Positions 13,401 through 30,912 of a stretch of 64,000 nucleotides of DNA are shown piece by piece. Below the pieces are notes generated by a model. It saw nothing but the letters and a program-made list of their open reading frames with translations. It did no database searches and had not been told where the DNA came from. Origin of the DNA: the human T2T-CHM13v2.0 reference genome, Homo sapiens. Made by a program: the position numbers and the translations under genes. The number at the start of each line of letters is the position of its first letter. The stretch's first letter is position 1. The stretch covers positions 34,848,001 through 34,912,000 of the forward strand of contig CP068257.2 of assembly GCA_009914755.4 (NCBI GenBank). Reading direction: 5' to 3'.

Positions 13401-15114
13401 CCTGGTTCCTTTTCTATTTTGCCTGGGTCCCTCCTGCCCATCCTGGGAAGCCGTGGCAGCTGTTGGGGATGTGGGGCCCCAGGTAACTGAAGGATTAACT
13501 CACGTCTCAAATTGCATGGCATTTCTCCTCTTCAGCACCATTTTTTACCCTCATTGAGAGAGATCTATCACTTCCCCCCCTCTCCTGCCATGCCAATATG
13601 TGTCTGTGTTGGAGGGCAGGGGTGTATTTAGGGAGCAGGAGAATGTTCCCAAGTCTGGAAACTCGGAACAGTCTGCCTGGCCCTCTTTGCAGAAAAACGA
13701 GGGAGTCCCAGCAGACAGAAGGGGGCAGTGGCGCTGAGCTCCCCGAGCTGAGCTGTGGCCTCAAAACACTGAACAGATTCAGTCCTTCCTCCCAAACAGG
13801 CCTGGTAAGCGATGAAAAGAGTTCTGCCCAAACACTCAGGAACTGGATTATTGTCGTTCCTGGCTCATTAGGAGCCTGGCTGCCCTCATGCCAGCTGCGT
13901 GGGGTCCTCTGGAGGCCACCCAGACCAGCCTGCAGCTTCCTTTCCTGTAGGGGCCAGCACGGTCCCTTCCTCTGGAGAACGCTCGGACCCCTGGCTGCAT
14001 GCACATCTAACCGGCAGGGCCTAAGGGCTTCCAAAACAGATGACTGTCAACCCCAGCCCGCCCACCCCACATCCACAGCTTCACCCCAAACTCACATGCA
14101 GAAAACCTCGAGTCTCATCTTCCTGTTCAGGTCCCTTGCCAGCCGGAGCCGCTCTGGAGCCTGGCTGGACTCCAGCTCCCATGTGCAAGAGGACTCAGCC
14201 GGGACGCTGCCACCCTCCTGCCTTCCCTCTTCTGCCAACCAGACGCTTCCAGGACGGAGTATTTGAGAGAAAATTGTCTAGACAATTACAGTGTTCCTTA
14301 GAATGGCCTGCGTGGGCACACGTGCCACTTGGTTAGCTAGCATGAGAGGAGGTGGCTTGGCCAGAGCAGACATTCAAGACCAACCAGAAATGTCATTTCT
14401 GCACTGTGGAAAAAAAATGCACGATACACCTGAACCTGGGCATCTCCTTCCTAACACGCGCTCAGGATCAAGCCTCCCCTTCCCAGCCTGGCAGGGTTGC
14501 AGGGCGTCCATAGTCCAGCCTACGCCTGCCCAGGCTCTCGGCTCCGGGTCCATTGGCTGTTCACACTCACTTCCCTGTGTCCTGGAACTGCCTGATTGTT
14601 GTAGATTACTAAAAATCCACAGCTCATTCCCTCCTGCGCCCTGACCACCTGCCCACAGCGACTGTGTCCTCCTCTGAGCCACCACCTGGCGGTTGTCCTC
14701 ACACTGCTTTGGACTTTTCTGCTATTGAGTAACTCAGCTTCTCAGCCTTTAGGCTGCTATGGGCCCTAGATGCATGCTGGTCGATTCTGATCAACGAGCA
14801 ACTGCTTTTGTTTGTTTGCTTTTTTCTACAGCTGCAGCTGTGGGTGATTCGGATGGTCTGTTGGTGGAATGTGGAGCTGGACGGGTCAAGGAGCACAGTG
14901 TGGAAAGAGGGACAATTTGCTACAAGTTGGAGATAAGAGACATGGCATACTGTGAAACCAGTGCTGACGGAAGAAGGTGACTTTCTTGGAAGGTCAAGAC
15001 ACTTGCTTGACAGCGATGTCCAGGAGGGCTAGGGAGAGTTCTGCTGGAAGTGAAGGCAGCACCTGAGGGTGGCTGAGGGAACTGGTCAGGGCTGGGAACG
15101 CCTCCAGCCCTTTG

Positions 15115-15270
15115 AGGAATGATTCGCTGATTAAGAGATGTTTGGCCTTGAAAATTGCAAGAATGAAATCTCTTGGTGGGAATGTGTAGCCAAAAGCCAG
15201 CACCCTGAGTGGCTCCAAGGTTTGGGGACCCTCTCAAGGCACAAATCCCAGTTCCTTTTCAATTTTGAAA
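15115..15270 (+). repeat. Copy 2 of the diverged direct repeat
   Basis: gattaagagatgtttggccttgaaaattgcaagaat...gccagcaccctgag...ctccaaggtttggggaccctctcaaggcacaaatcccagttccttttcaattttg. Confidence 0.6.
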
Positions 15271-16916
15271 ATCGTTGTGGGCGATTCTGGAATTGAGAAG
15301 TGTGCTGAGAGCCATGGATTTAACATGACAAGAATTTCCGCCCCTTCGTCACTGAGCACACCGCAAATGCTCCAGGGCCAGGGACTTACTTGGGCTTCTG
15401 CGTGTCTTCCACAGTGTGCATCAATCCGCCGGGCTCTGGTTGGTGTTTAAAAAAAAAGATGCAGCGAAGGAATCTGGTGTGGACAAACGCCCTGGGCATG
15501 GACCAAAAGCCTGGCCCTTGTGTCCCTGGCAATGGGACGGTGAAGGACAGAAAGACAGCACATCCAGTAGTGTCAGGAGCTTGGAGCAGGCATTCGGAAG
15601 CATCTGTTAAATGTTATTGATGGAGGATTGACATAACCCACATCTGCATAGCTTTTTTGGTCTGTTTTTGGAAGTGAACAGTCACAAACAAAAACAACTT
15701 TGGTTCAGGTCATTTATAGGCCCAGATCCTCTATCCTTAGAGGTTTCCCACCAGATATACTATTTCACTATCTATGCCAGGAAAGTTACGTAAAACCACG
15801 CAGAATTTTACCTGACAACGAAATAGACCTTTTCGTTAGATCCTCCACCCCACCTAAAGCAGTTACACAGGCTGAAATGAAACTGTTAAAGGAATGAACT
15901 AACTTGGAGATAGAATCATCGCCTTTGCTGAACACCATTTTAAGAATATTGGAATATATAGGGGTACCAGCATAATAGTAAAATGTGCCCATATTATCTA
16001 TAATTTTATGCTGGGCACTTTTTAGAAATTATTTTTTATAACTTTGTCTTTGAGATGATTTGGCTACAAGTTCATTACATTTAGTTTACAACTGGCTTTG
16101 ATTTCTTGGCATTCGTTGTGTATTATTAGGAAACCCCGCAGAGAGAAAATGTAAACTCCAAATTGCTTTAAAATATTATGATAGTTTTTAGGGATATTAC
16201 ACTGTGACAGTGAATGAAATGGACGTAACGTTCTGTTTTGTAGATATTTTGTGAAATCTTTATTAGTCTTGATTTTCTTTGGAACAAGTCATTCCTGTTC
16301 TGGGCTGAAGCCTGAAAATTCCCTGACCTGTGACCCTGGCCCAAGGCTCCTCTTGGATAAAACAGTGTTTCCTGGACCAGAGGGCAAAGTCACAGAAACA
16401 TGATGTGACGAAATCTAAATAGAAAGGTATTGATTTGTTCTTCGTTCATCAAATAGTTATTGGACTCCAGCACGTATGAGTAGCAGGGAGCCTGGCTAGC
16501 ACTACACCTTCCCCTCCTGCCTCTCAGGGTCAGGGCCACAGGCACACACAGAGCGAGGGAAAATGAGGGGGTAGAGAGGCTGGTCCCGAGTCTCCAGCCC
16601 TTCTCTCCCAATCCTCTCCCTGAGTGGGCAGGGAACTCTTCTCTTGGCTCCTCCAACTTCCATCAACGTCTGCCCTTGGGTCTGGTTTTAAACTCTAAGG
16701 TGTAAATGACTCATAATGGCTCAACATTTTGTCCCTCCCAAGAGGTATTTTTAAGTCTAAGGAATAAAGATTTAATAGTAAAACTTCGAATGCCAATCAG
16801 GGGTAAGTGAGGATTTGGAAGAGGAAGGTCTTGAGCATTTTCCTAACACTGCTAAAATCATCCCATTGAGTTAGGGCAGCAACTATCCTGATGGGCTGGG
16901 TATGATGGAAGTTAGT

Positions 16917-17070
16917 CAATGTTTCAATAGATGGATGGATGGATGGATGGATGGATGGATGGATAGACTGACGGATGGATGGATGGATGGATGGATGGAT
17001 GGATGGATAGACGGATGGATGGATGGATGGATGGATGGATGGATGGATGGATAGATGGATGGATACATAG
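16917..17070. repeat. (GGAT)n tetranucleotide microsatellite, ~35 units with GACT/GACG/AGAC interruptions
   Basis: Direct read: gatggatggatgg...atagactgacggatgg...atagacggatgg... Confidence 0.95.
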
Positions 17071-17589
17071 ATCACCTTTATTCTGATCTCAACTGGTCTT
17101 TGAAGCTTGATTCATTTTTTGATTTCTCACGGAGCCAGACTAGGGTCTGACACATTAGGAAGCTGGCAAAAGTTTGTTGACTAAACAAATTAATGAAGGG
17201 AAAATTATGTATGCAGAGATGCCTGGGGTTTGGGTTACCGTTTTGGGTCCCCTTTGATTTGAGCGACACACATGCTGACAACTTGAGTCTGAAGTTAGTG
17301 GATCCTTAGCTAACTTGCTAGAGTAAAGGTTGTGGTAAAACTTGACCTTGCTCTATTCATCAACAGCATATCCTGTGAAAGTCACGACGCTTCCATGAAA
17401 ACCTTGGTGCTAGGCCTGTGATATCTTTGCAGAGGTCTGACCTAAGGAGACTGCTTGTGTCAATAGTAACAACAATCACAATTGTCCTGAACACAAAGGC
17501 AGCATTCTTTGTGTGCTAGCTGTGGTTTTAAGCATATTACGTCTATTTACTAATTTAATCCTGAAACAGCCTTTGCTTTAGGTACTCCT

Positions 17590-17745
17590 ATTAACCTCAT
17601 TTTATGGATGGGAAAATAGACTGTGAGAAGTGAAGTCACCCGCCCAAGGTCATACACCTGTAAGTGGTGGAGGCAGGGTTTGAACCGAGCACACTGGCCT
17701 CACTTCGTGGGCTCCTACCACTACGCTGCCTCATGTTACTACCCT
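17590..17745 (+). mobile_element. MIR SINE fragment
   Basis: ttttatggatgggaaaatagactgtgagaagtgaagtcacccgcccaaggtcatacacctgtaagtggtggaggcagggtttgaaccgagcacactg matches the MIR core and 3' region. Confidence 0.65.
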
Positions 17746-18959
17746 GTATCCACCTCCAGAATGAGTTGGCAGCTGCAAGTTCTCCCCAAGGCCCCACTGC
17801 AGCCCTTGCATCTCAGCATCAGCTCCTTGCACGGCCAGGTGGTGTTGTTTCTGACTCGGGGTCTGCATCTCTCTCTGCGCCGCTGGGTTCAGGAGGCCCT
17901 GAGGAGCGAGCCCGGTCCAGTGCTAGCTTCGCAGCTCACAGCCCTTGGGCAAATGTTACAACTGGAGGGCTGCACAAATGCATCATGTGGTTTCAAACCA
18001 TGCGTCTCTCTGAGCAGGAATTGCTGGAATGGGCCTCAGAAAGTTCCTGACCCTTTGTCTGGGGTCACAGGGTCTGTGTCCAGTGAGGCCTAGAGGCCAC
18101 GTGAGGTCCAGAGAGAGAAGCACAAGGCAGCTGCTGAGGCCTCATAGGAACCATGCGGTGAAGGAACCAGGGTTTCTTCTTTCTCCATGGCAACTAGGAG
18201 TGCAGGTCAGCCTCGGAAAAGGATCCTCCATCTTTGGTTAAAAGAACGGTGAGCCCAGGTTTGGTAATGATGTAGCTGTGTGAGTTGATGGATGCAAAGT
18301 GCCCGGCGTGGTGCCTTATCCATCGTAGGTATTGCCGAAGGAGAGCTTTTGTCACCCCTTCCTGGAGAGGGGTGTTGTGGTTTGTGGGTTGAGACCTTTT
18401 GGATTCCTGGCATTGACAATGGCACTATTTGGGGTGGGGACCTTCTTGTTGGAGGAGTCTCCTTCCCTCCCTGCTGGTGATATAGGCAGGAAAAGAAGCC
18501 AAGAACTAGGCCAATTGCAATAAAGAAAGAAAGAAGCACCTTCTGAGCCTCTCTTGCCCTGTAAGGAGCCAAGGGGGACAGGGCCAGATACGGACCCACT
18601 GCAGGGATGGGCAGTCTCCGCCCTTCACTGAGGAGGATGCAGGACTTATGGCCCCACTGGGCGGCAGGGACACAGGAACCTAGACTGTCCATGCTCAGAC
18701 ACGGTCTGGATTTAGAACCGTAGGCCTTGGGGCCGTTTTCAAAAAATAGACCCTTTCCTTAGGAAAATCCCACAAAACTGCCCCAAAGACGAGTGAGGTA
18801 GGAAGAGCATGAGGCTCGGATTCTATTTACGCATGCATGTCCATTAGATTCTGGATTCAAAAGCCCCATGTTCTTGGGTTTAAGATTGTACTTTCTGACG
18901 TGAACAGTGAATTGCAAATTCAGACTTAAGAGATGGTTACTTTTCCACCAAGAGAACAG

Positions 18960-19750
<791 letters not shown>

Positions 19751-19811
19751 AGCCATATGTGTTCTTTACAGTTGCCACTATTTCTATGACTTGGAGTGAG
19801 ACTGTGATTTT

Positions 19812-20109
19812 GTTTTTCTTTTTTTTTTGATGGCGTCTTAGTCTGTCACCTAGTCTGGAGTGCAGTGGCGTGATTTTTGGCTCACTGCACTCTTTGCCTC
19901 CCAGGTTCAAGCGATTCTCTTGCCTCAGCCTCCCAAGTAGCTGGGATTACAGGCATGCACCACCATGTCTGGCTAATTTTTGTATTTTTAGTAGAGACAG
20001 GGTTTCACCATGTTGGCCAGGCAGGTCTTGAACTCCTGATCTCAAGTGATCCACCCGCCTCAGCATCCCAAAGTGTTGATATTACAGGCGTGAGCCACTG
20101 TGCCTGGCC
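19812..20109 (-). mobile_element. Alu SINE
   Basis: Poly-T, then gatggcgtcttagtctgtcacctagtctggagtgcagtggcgtgat...ggcgtgagccactgtgcctggcc. Confidence 0.9.
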
Positions 20110-20454
20110 AAGGCTCTGATTTTCGTTAGGATCAGACGGATCACTTCTGTCACCAGCGATACCTGAGTACAGGTTAATCAATACAGCAAGATGTTGCACT
20201 AGTGATCGCAGCAGTCAAGTTCATTTCCAAATACAGAGCGAAAGCAAGGTGCCTTCCCAATCCTCTGCTCTGTCCTGTTTTCTGTCTCGGGACACCCTGT
20301 CATCCTCAGACAAGTGACAATGAAGAGACAGTAAAGGCAAACCAAGTCACTGTCCAAAAATTGCACCACCTACCTTGGAGAGCCTCTCATTTCCCATCAG
20401 ATATGAATGAAAGATCAGATATAAACCTGATGGGAAATGAGAGGTTCCATTTCC

Positions 20455-22030
<1,576 letters not shown>

Positions 22031-22817
22031 CCCATTTCTTGAAATAATCCTTCATGTATAACTTAGGTTAATAGTGCCTCATAGTCTACTTAGAAAGAAT
22101 CAGATAGAATTTTCTTTAGTAAGGAAATTTCCAAATAGAGAATAGAAAAGTTAATTGATGGCAATGTATTTAATAGCGAGGATCAGTGAGGAAATGAATT
22201 AAAGAGGTTCCTTTTACACTTTTCTTCTCTGAAGCTAGGTACACCTTAGTTCATGTTGCAGCTTCTTTGGTGCTGTCAGATCATAGTTGGTATGAAATGG
22301 GAAGTTTCTGAAAGTCAGATGACACATTTGTGAAATGCAACCTCACTGTTATCTACCCGGCACCCATCATTTAGCTGACAACAATCTCAGCAACAGGCAT
22401 TTCAATGTGGTCCTGCGTTTGCTAATTGCTGGTGTGTACTCAGGACACCGGAAGATTTAACCTTTTGGATGAGACAGATACCAGTAACTTCCCAGCTGAG
22501 CTTCCCAGGAATGAACTGATGAGAAGTGACATCCAAAAAACTGTCTCTTAAAATATAAAGAGATCAAAAGCATGAAGTAGAGACTCAAACAGGTGTGTGC
22601 ACACTCACCTTCATAGCAGCATTATTTGCAATAGTCAAAAGGTGGCAGCAGGCCAGGCGTGCACTGAGAGACGAATGGATAAACAAAATATGCTGTAACC
22701 ACACAATGCAACATCCAGCCAGAAAAAGGAAGTTCTGACACATGCTCCAACACGGCTGAACCTTGAGGATGTTATGTTAAGTGAAATATGCCCATTGCAA
22801 AAAGACAAATACTGTGA

Positions 22818-23174
<357 letters not shown>

Positions 23175-23449
23175 TGTGATTCCACTTTTATGAGATACCT
23201 AGTATAGTCAAATTAATAGAGACAGAAGGTAGAATTGCGGGTGCCAGGGGCTGAGGGCGGGGGGGTGGGGAGTTACAGTTTAATGGGTACAGACTTTCAG
23301 TCTGGGAGGAGGAGAAAGCTCTGGAGAGGGATGGTGGTGGATGGCTGCATGATATGCGTGTACTTAATGTCACAGAACTAGGTACTTCAAATGGCTGAAA
23401 TAGCACATTTTACGTTATGTGTGTTTTACTACAATAAAAAATACAGAAA

Positions 23450-23745
<296 letters not shown>

Positions 23746-23815
23746 TATATATATATATATATATGGAGAGAGAGAGAGAGAGAAAGAGAATGGGGGGCGG
23801 GAGAGAGAGAGAGAG
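23746..23815. repeat. (TA)n / (GA)n compound microsatellite following the Alu A-tail
   Basis: atatatatatatatatatat ggagagagagagagagagaaagag ... gggagagagagagagag. Confidence 0.9.
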
Positions 23816-24805
23816 AACATCCAAAACTGATATTAGCCATTCTGAATTGGACTGTCCCATCAAATGTGGTCTTGCAGCTGTCCACTTGTTTAGGAGTAAG
23901 GAGTTTTATTGGAATGAATGTTCTCAGATATTAATCAACACAGTACCTCCCTCCCTTCTCAGTTCCAGCTGATGCTGAGACACCAATGGCAAATCTTGAT
24001 CCATGCCCACCCCAGGAGGATGAGCGACAGTCAGGATTTTGGGCCACAACACATGCAGCTTCCTGCAGTGTCCTCTTCTCCAGGGTGTGCTGTGGGAAGG
24101 CCTCACCAGCTTGGGCAGGGGCTCAGCTCTCACGGGATGAGGCAGCTGAGTAGCTGACGGCAGGGCCTGGTGGGGGGCCGGGGACGACGGCAGAGTCATC
24201 CACTGCCACTCTGGACAAAGGCCAAACCTGTCCTGGATGCCACCTAGTTGCTGCCCTCTTAACCTGACCCTCTGGCCTGCCTCAGACCTTATAATTTCCT
24301 AAGCACGTCTGCATAGACTGTTATTTAGTCTTGCCAATGACCGCGAGGGAGCTGTTATCACTGCCAGGCATCATGTCCAGTCCTCACGGCTGGCCATAAG
24401 AAGATCCGGGCCTCACCTGGGCCTCCCATCCAAGCCCCAAGTTCTTTCCTCCCCCAGTAGCCAGCCAGAGCCACCAACCCTCCCTCAAGCCATGAGAGGA
24501 AGCAGCTGTGATGAGCACTGAGCCCTCAACCAGGAGCCGTTGAATGAACAGGTGTGAATCTCAAACACAATTTTCTGCAAGGTCTTCTCCACTCCCAGGC
24601 CCAGCTGTATCTCTTACGGCTGAGGGATCAGGATGACTTTGCTGCGGCCTCGCTGGAAGCATCTCTCTAGATTGCCACGGACCAGGCAGTCTAGAGATGA
24701 GGAAGTCAGAGGCTCCACAGACACTCAGATATCATCAGATCCCCTCCCAAAGGGAGAAGAATGCTCTGTTTTATTTTATTCTATTTAACTTTGTTAATTT
24801 AATTT

Positions 24806-24953
24806 TTAGAGGCAGGATCTTGCCCTGTTGCCCAAGCTGGAGTGCAATGGCTCAACCGTGGGTCACCGCAGCCTTGAGCTCCTGGGCTTAAGAGATCCTC
24901 CTGCCTCAGCCTCCCAAAGAGCTGGGACTACAGGTGCGAACCACCATGTCTGC
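24806..24953 (-). mobile_element. Partial Alu
   Basis: ggcaggatcttgccctgttgcccaagctggagtgcaatggctcaaccgtgggtcaccgcagccttgagctcctgggcttaagagatcctcctgcctcagcctcccaaagagctgggactacaggtgcgaaccaccatg. Confidence 0.8.
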
Positions 24954-24961
24954 TAGTTCAA

Positions 24962-25382
<421 letters not shown>

Positions 25383-25540
25383 TTTCTCTGACTGTTCAGT
25401 TTGATACACGTGGAACCAGGTTTGCTTGCACCCTCCTCACCGCTTCTGCTTTCTGCTCCTCCCAAACACATGAACATATTCAGATATGCATCAACGTGCA
25501 CATATGCCAACACGTGTGGGCACACACATGCAAATGCACA

Positions 25541-25567
25541 GACACACACACACACACACACACACAC
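25541..25567. repeat. (CA)n microsatellite, ~13 units
   Basis: gacacacacacacacacacacacacacccc. Confidence 0.9.
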
Positions 25568-26501
25568 CCCTGGACACACACACATTGTTTTCTCAAAATG
25601 ACTTTTGGCAGCAGCAAAGCCAAACCTTTCCAAAGGCCGAAGAAAGGCCTTCATTTGCATCACGTTAACTTGGGGGGCTGCATCTCCTCCCCTGTTTTTA
25701 GTACAAAACATGAGTCAACGGTTCAACCCTCACCCCAGCAAACTAATTAGGGTCAATGTGATTAAAGGGCTCAGCTCTGGTGCAGGAACTAGGATCCCCA
25801 GATATCCTGAAGAACTTCACTCACAGTCTCTTTCCTAAGGTTTGTGCCCTAAAACAAGGCACTGACTCACTGTGTTCAGCTCTTAATAACCTCAAGAACC
25901 TCCCTTCCCAGCTGGGCGCCTCTTCCATAAAGGGGTTACCAGAAAACAAGAAGCAACACACAAAGCTTTCAAAAGCGAAACGGCGAGGAATGTAGTGCGT
26001 GTCAGCGAGTCAACGAAAATAAGAAAGGGACCTGATGTCAAGCTTGACACGATCATTTTAATTTCCGCGTACTTTTTGGGTCTTTTCATGTTGGCTTCAT
26101 GGAAATTTATGTTTGCTGAGAAGACTGTATTTGCTACAGGATCTCGCTGTGTTCATTTAGCCTGGTAATAAAAACCATCTGCCTGAAATCCTTTTTGGAA
26201 CAAGGAGGGGTATAAGCAAATAAGCAAATGGTCATAAAAGATCTGGAGAAGGGTGGGGCTGTGTCAGGAAAGTGGGGAGCCTGGAGTACATGCCTCGGGA
26301 GTGGCGACTGTAGGAGGCCGGGGACTACTGAAGGTCATGTGTGAGGCTGTACAGCTTTCCCAGTAAATATGGTGCATGTTGGGAGGACAGGTGCATGTGG
26401 ACAGGCCGCCTCTCTTCCCAAGCACCCGCTCTGGGCTGGGGTCTCACCACTGGAGTAAGAACAGTATCATGATGCATTAAGTGAGGAGTCCTTGACGTGG
26501 G

Positions 26502-27180
<679 letters not shown>

Positions 27181-28740
27181 GAGGAAGCTCTCTGAGTCCC
27201 CCTCTCTGCCTGGGAGCTCTGAGCCACTGTGTCTTTGTGGGGAGAGACGAGTCAGACAAGATCGCAAAGAAGCATCTCAAACTCTTGGCCTTTAAATCAG
27301 GCATTGAAGACCATGAGCAGGACAGAACCAACCCTGAGAGGATACTGTTGAGCACGTGTTTTGTTTACCGGTTTGTTTTTCTGCCCGCCCCCGGGGAGGA
27401 GGTCAAGCCTCCTGGACTCAAGGAAATAAAAGGGCAGCCTCCTGGAGAGCAGCTGTGAGGGGCTGTGAGAGGGGCCTTCGTCCTGTCCTGGTCTCTGGGT
27501 CCACCCCACAGTTGGGGGTGTCACCACAGGAGTCCTGAGCTGGGGTCTGTGAGTAGAGAGGGCTGCTCTTCTGCCTTCCCCGGGAGGCAGGGCACGGAGG
27601 AGAAATGGCAAGACACATTAAGCTTTCTTAATGTGGGTTCTAGTAACATAGGTTTTTATGTTCTCAGCAAGACAGGGTTCTTGTAAGCCAGGCATTGGTA
27701 AGAGATAATCTTCAAGGTTCCTTTAGCTCTGATTACCATATAAAGACCTGGGCCTGCAGGTCTGATCTTTGAGGTTCTTATAATCCAGAAAACTCAGGAC
27801 ACTGCATGCCAGTGTCAGCTTCAAGGAGCAAGGGAAGCTCAGTTCTTCCAGTCCTGGGGCACGAGGAGGAGGAGGGAGGGCGAGGAAGGGAAGCCTAGCG
27901 GCCGCACACTTGTCATAGTCTCTCTCACAGCTAACATTGTGGAGCGGGAGCCTCTGCAAAATGGGCTTTTTTTCTGCCCCCTGCTTGGAATCATTGGAGG
28001 AGGCCCCATTTCAGAATGGGAGTGTGGGTGGGTACTGAAGGAACACACGTGGCTGGAGGAAGGTGGGATGGATGAGCACACGCTGGGATTCCTCACAGCC
28101 TTCATCTCCTCCATGGTGTGGAGGGGACCCAGGATCCTCATGTGTTCCCAAAGCAGGTATAGAGTGGTTGGGCACCAAGTCCTGGCTGGGAGCCAGTGGA
28201 TGCCAAGAGCCCACTTTTGCCAGGATGGGTTGGGAATCCCACTAGATCTTGGGGGGATCACCATGGTGGACTTGCTCACACGTGAGAGCCCCCAAGAGCA
28301 GGACCTCAGGATCTTCTGCGGGGACATCAACTGGATTCGCAAAGAGCCCACCCGTGCTGGGTGGACACCTGCTGGGCAGCAGAGGCTGATGTCGGACTAG
28401 CCTCTGGCACAGACCGGGAGACCATCTTCTCTCCCAGCGGGGGACTGTGAGATTTCCTGCACACTGGTCGCCATGTAGGATATGACGCCAGGGAAGAGAG
28501 AAACAGGACTGACGAGAGTGGTATCTACAAACAAATATTTATCTAATAAGGCCCATTTCAATCAAAGAAGCTTGTTTCAAACAGACAGGGCTGAGAGGAT
28601 ATTCCTAACAAATTAAAGTCCCCTGGGCTGGCCGTGGGAGAGGGTCTCACGAGGAGGAGAACTAAAGAAGCTCTGTGGTCCCTGCACACTGGCATGTTCG
28701 AGAGAATCTGAACTGTTACTGCCTTGGCATGAAAAGATGA

Positions 28741-29115
28741 TTGTTAGGGGCTGAACTGTGTCCCCTCCCAAATTTATATGTTGAAGTCCTGGCCCCCAGT
28801 GCCTTAGAATGTGGCTGTACTTGGAGATGGAGTGTACAAAGAGGCGATTCAGTTAAAATGAGTTCGTACGGGTGGGCCCTGACCCAATCTGACTGGTGTC
28901 CTCCCAGGAAGGGGAGACGAGTTCACAGGCACATGCAGGGGGATGACCCTGGGATGGCACAGGGACAAGACAGCATCTATAAGCCAGGGAGGGGGCCTCA
29001 GGAGAAACCCACCCTGTGGGTGCCTTGATCTCGGACTTCCAGCCTCCAGAACTGTGAGACAATAAATGCCTGTTGTTTAAGCCGCCCTGTCTGTGGAGCT
29101 TTGTTACAACATTCT
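28741..29115 (+). mobile_element. MLT1-type MaLR LTR, near full length
   Basis: Starts tgttaggggctgaactgtgtcccctcccaaatttatatgttgaagtcctggcccccagtgccttagaatgtggctgtacttggagatgg...tgggccctgacccaatctgactggtgtcctc... and ends gccttgatctcggacttccagcctccagaactgtgagacaataaatgcctgttgtttaagccgccctgtctgtggagctttgttacaacattc. Confidence 0.8.
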
Positions 29116-29301
29116 TGGCAGATGAATACAATGATTCTGCTCAACGACCACAGGTCTTCCTGTGCATCCCCGTAGACATCTGTATCCAGACGAGGACCAC
29201 ACAGGAGGCCTGGATGTTCCCAAACTTCCCTCAGATGCCTGCTGTTACCTGAGTTCCCTGGGTGGAGGAACAAATCCCCACACACAGAAAGGGGAACCAG
29301 A

Positions 29302-29669
<368 letters not shown>

Positions 29670-29964
29670 TCAAGTTTAAGAACTCCATTATGGGGTGGGA
29701 TGAAGGCTTGGGACAGAAATCATATTCAGTTATGGAAAAGGGAATCTGAAATTTTTTGCTACCCATTTGAGTTTTGAAGTCTCAGGAAATCACACTGACT
29801 TCATCAAAAAAGCAGGTGCTGCCATGCACATTCGATCAATGCAGATGCTGATGTTTACAATGAGCAGTTGCAGCTTCCCTCCTGACAGCCTGGAGCTTGG
29901 GGCTAGAGCCCCTGGCCCACAGGCTAAGAAGCAAGGGTGATTTTACAACCCATGCACTGAGTTA

Positions 29965-30378
29965 GAGAGTGTTCTTACCCCACGAAGTTCTTGTCCACTC
30001 AGAACCTCAGAACGTGACCTTATTTGGAAGTAGGGCTGTAGGTGTAATGAGTTAAGATGAGGTCACAGTGGATTAGGGTGGGCCCTACACCAATGCCACT
30101 GGTGTCCTTATAAGAGCAGAGGAGACACAGGGGGAAGAGGGCTATGTGAAGACTGAGGCGGAGATTGCAGCTGTAGGGCAGGGAATGCTGGGGATGGCCA
30201 GGCCCCACTGGAAGTTGGAAGGGGCAAGGAAGCCTTCTTTTCTAGAGCTTCAGAGACAGCATGGTCCTCTTGGCACTTTGATTTCAGAATTCTGGCTTCC
30301 AGAACTGGGAGTAAATTTCGGTTGTTTTAAGCCATCGAATTTGAAGTACTTTGTTACAGCTGCCCTAGGATGCTAATA
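29965..30378 (+). mobile_element. MLT1A-like MaLR LTR
   Basis: cagaacctcagaacgtgaccttatttggaagtagggctgtaggtgtaatgagttaagatgaggtcacagtggattagggtgggccctacaccaatgccactggtgtccttataagagcagaggagacacagg...gaagccttcttttctagagcttcagagacagcatggtcctcttggcactttgatttcagaattctggcttccagaactgggagtaaatttcggttgttttaagccatcgaatttgaagtactttgttacagctgcc. Confidence 0.8.
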
Positions 30379-30404
30379 TACTGTGTTATAAAAATCAGGG
30401 TTTC

Positions 30405-30713
<309 letters not shown>

Positions 30714-30912
30714 GTCAGGGTTTCTAGAGCCTGTGCTCTATCTGAAATGATTTAGAAGCCTTTCTTCTAGGGACGAATCCCTCCAAATTTAGAACCAGGC
30801 AGGAGATTTAGGCACAAGAGCATCCCCTGCTCCCCCTTCCTAGTCTAAATCAGATGACATGGACCCCTGAGAGCGAATGCTTGCAAATCACTCAGGATAC
30901 CCGCCCAGCCAA

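Noticed and set aside
13507-14266. Overlapping 222-aa (+) and 175-aa (-) ORFs in a unique GC-rich block
   Set aside because: Composition looks non-protein-like (Pro/Ser/Arg/Gly rich). There is no recognisable domain and no start-codon context. Both strands are open, which is typical of a GC-rich non-coding sequence.
18207-18692. 161-aa minus-strand ORF in a unique-looking segment with an AATAAA-like motif at about 18531
   Set aside because: There is no recognisable protein similarity. The composition is low-complexity (P/S/G/L-rich). It is probably part of an unclassified LTR-like or unique non-coding sequence. I could not support a feature call.
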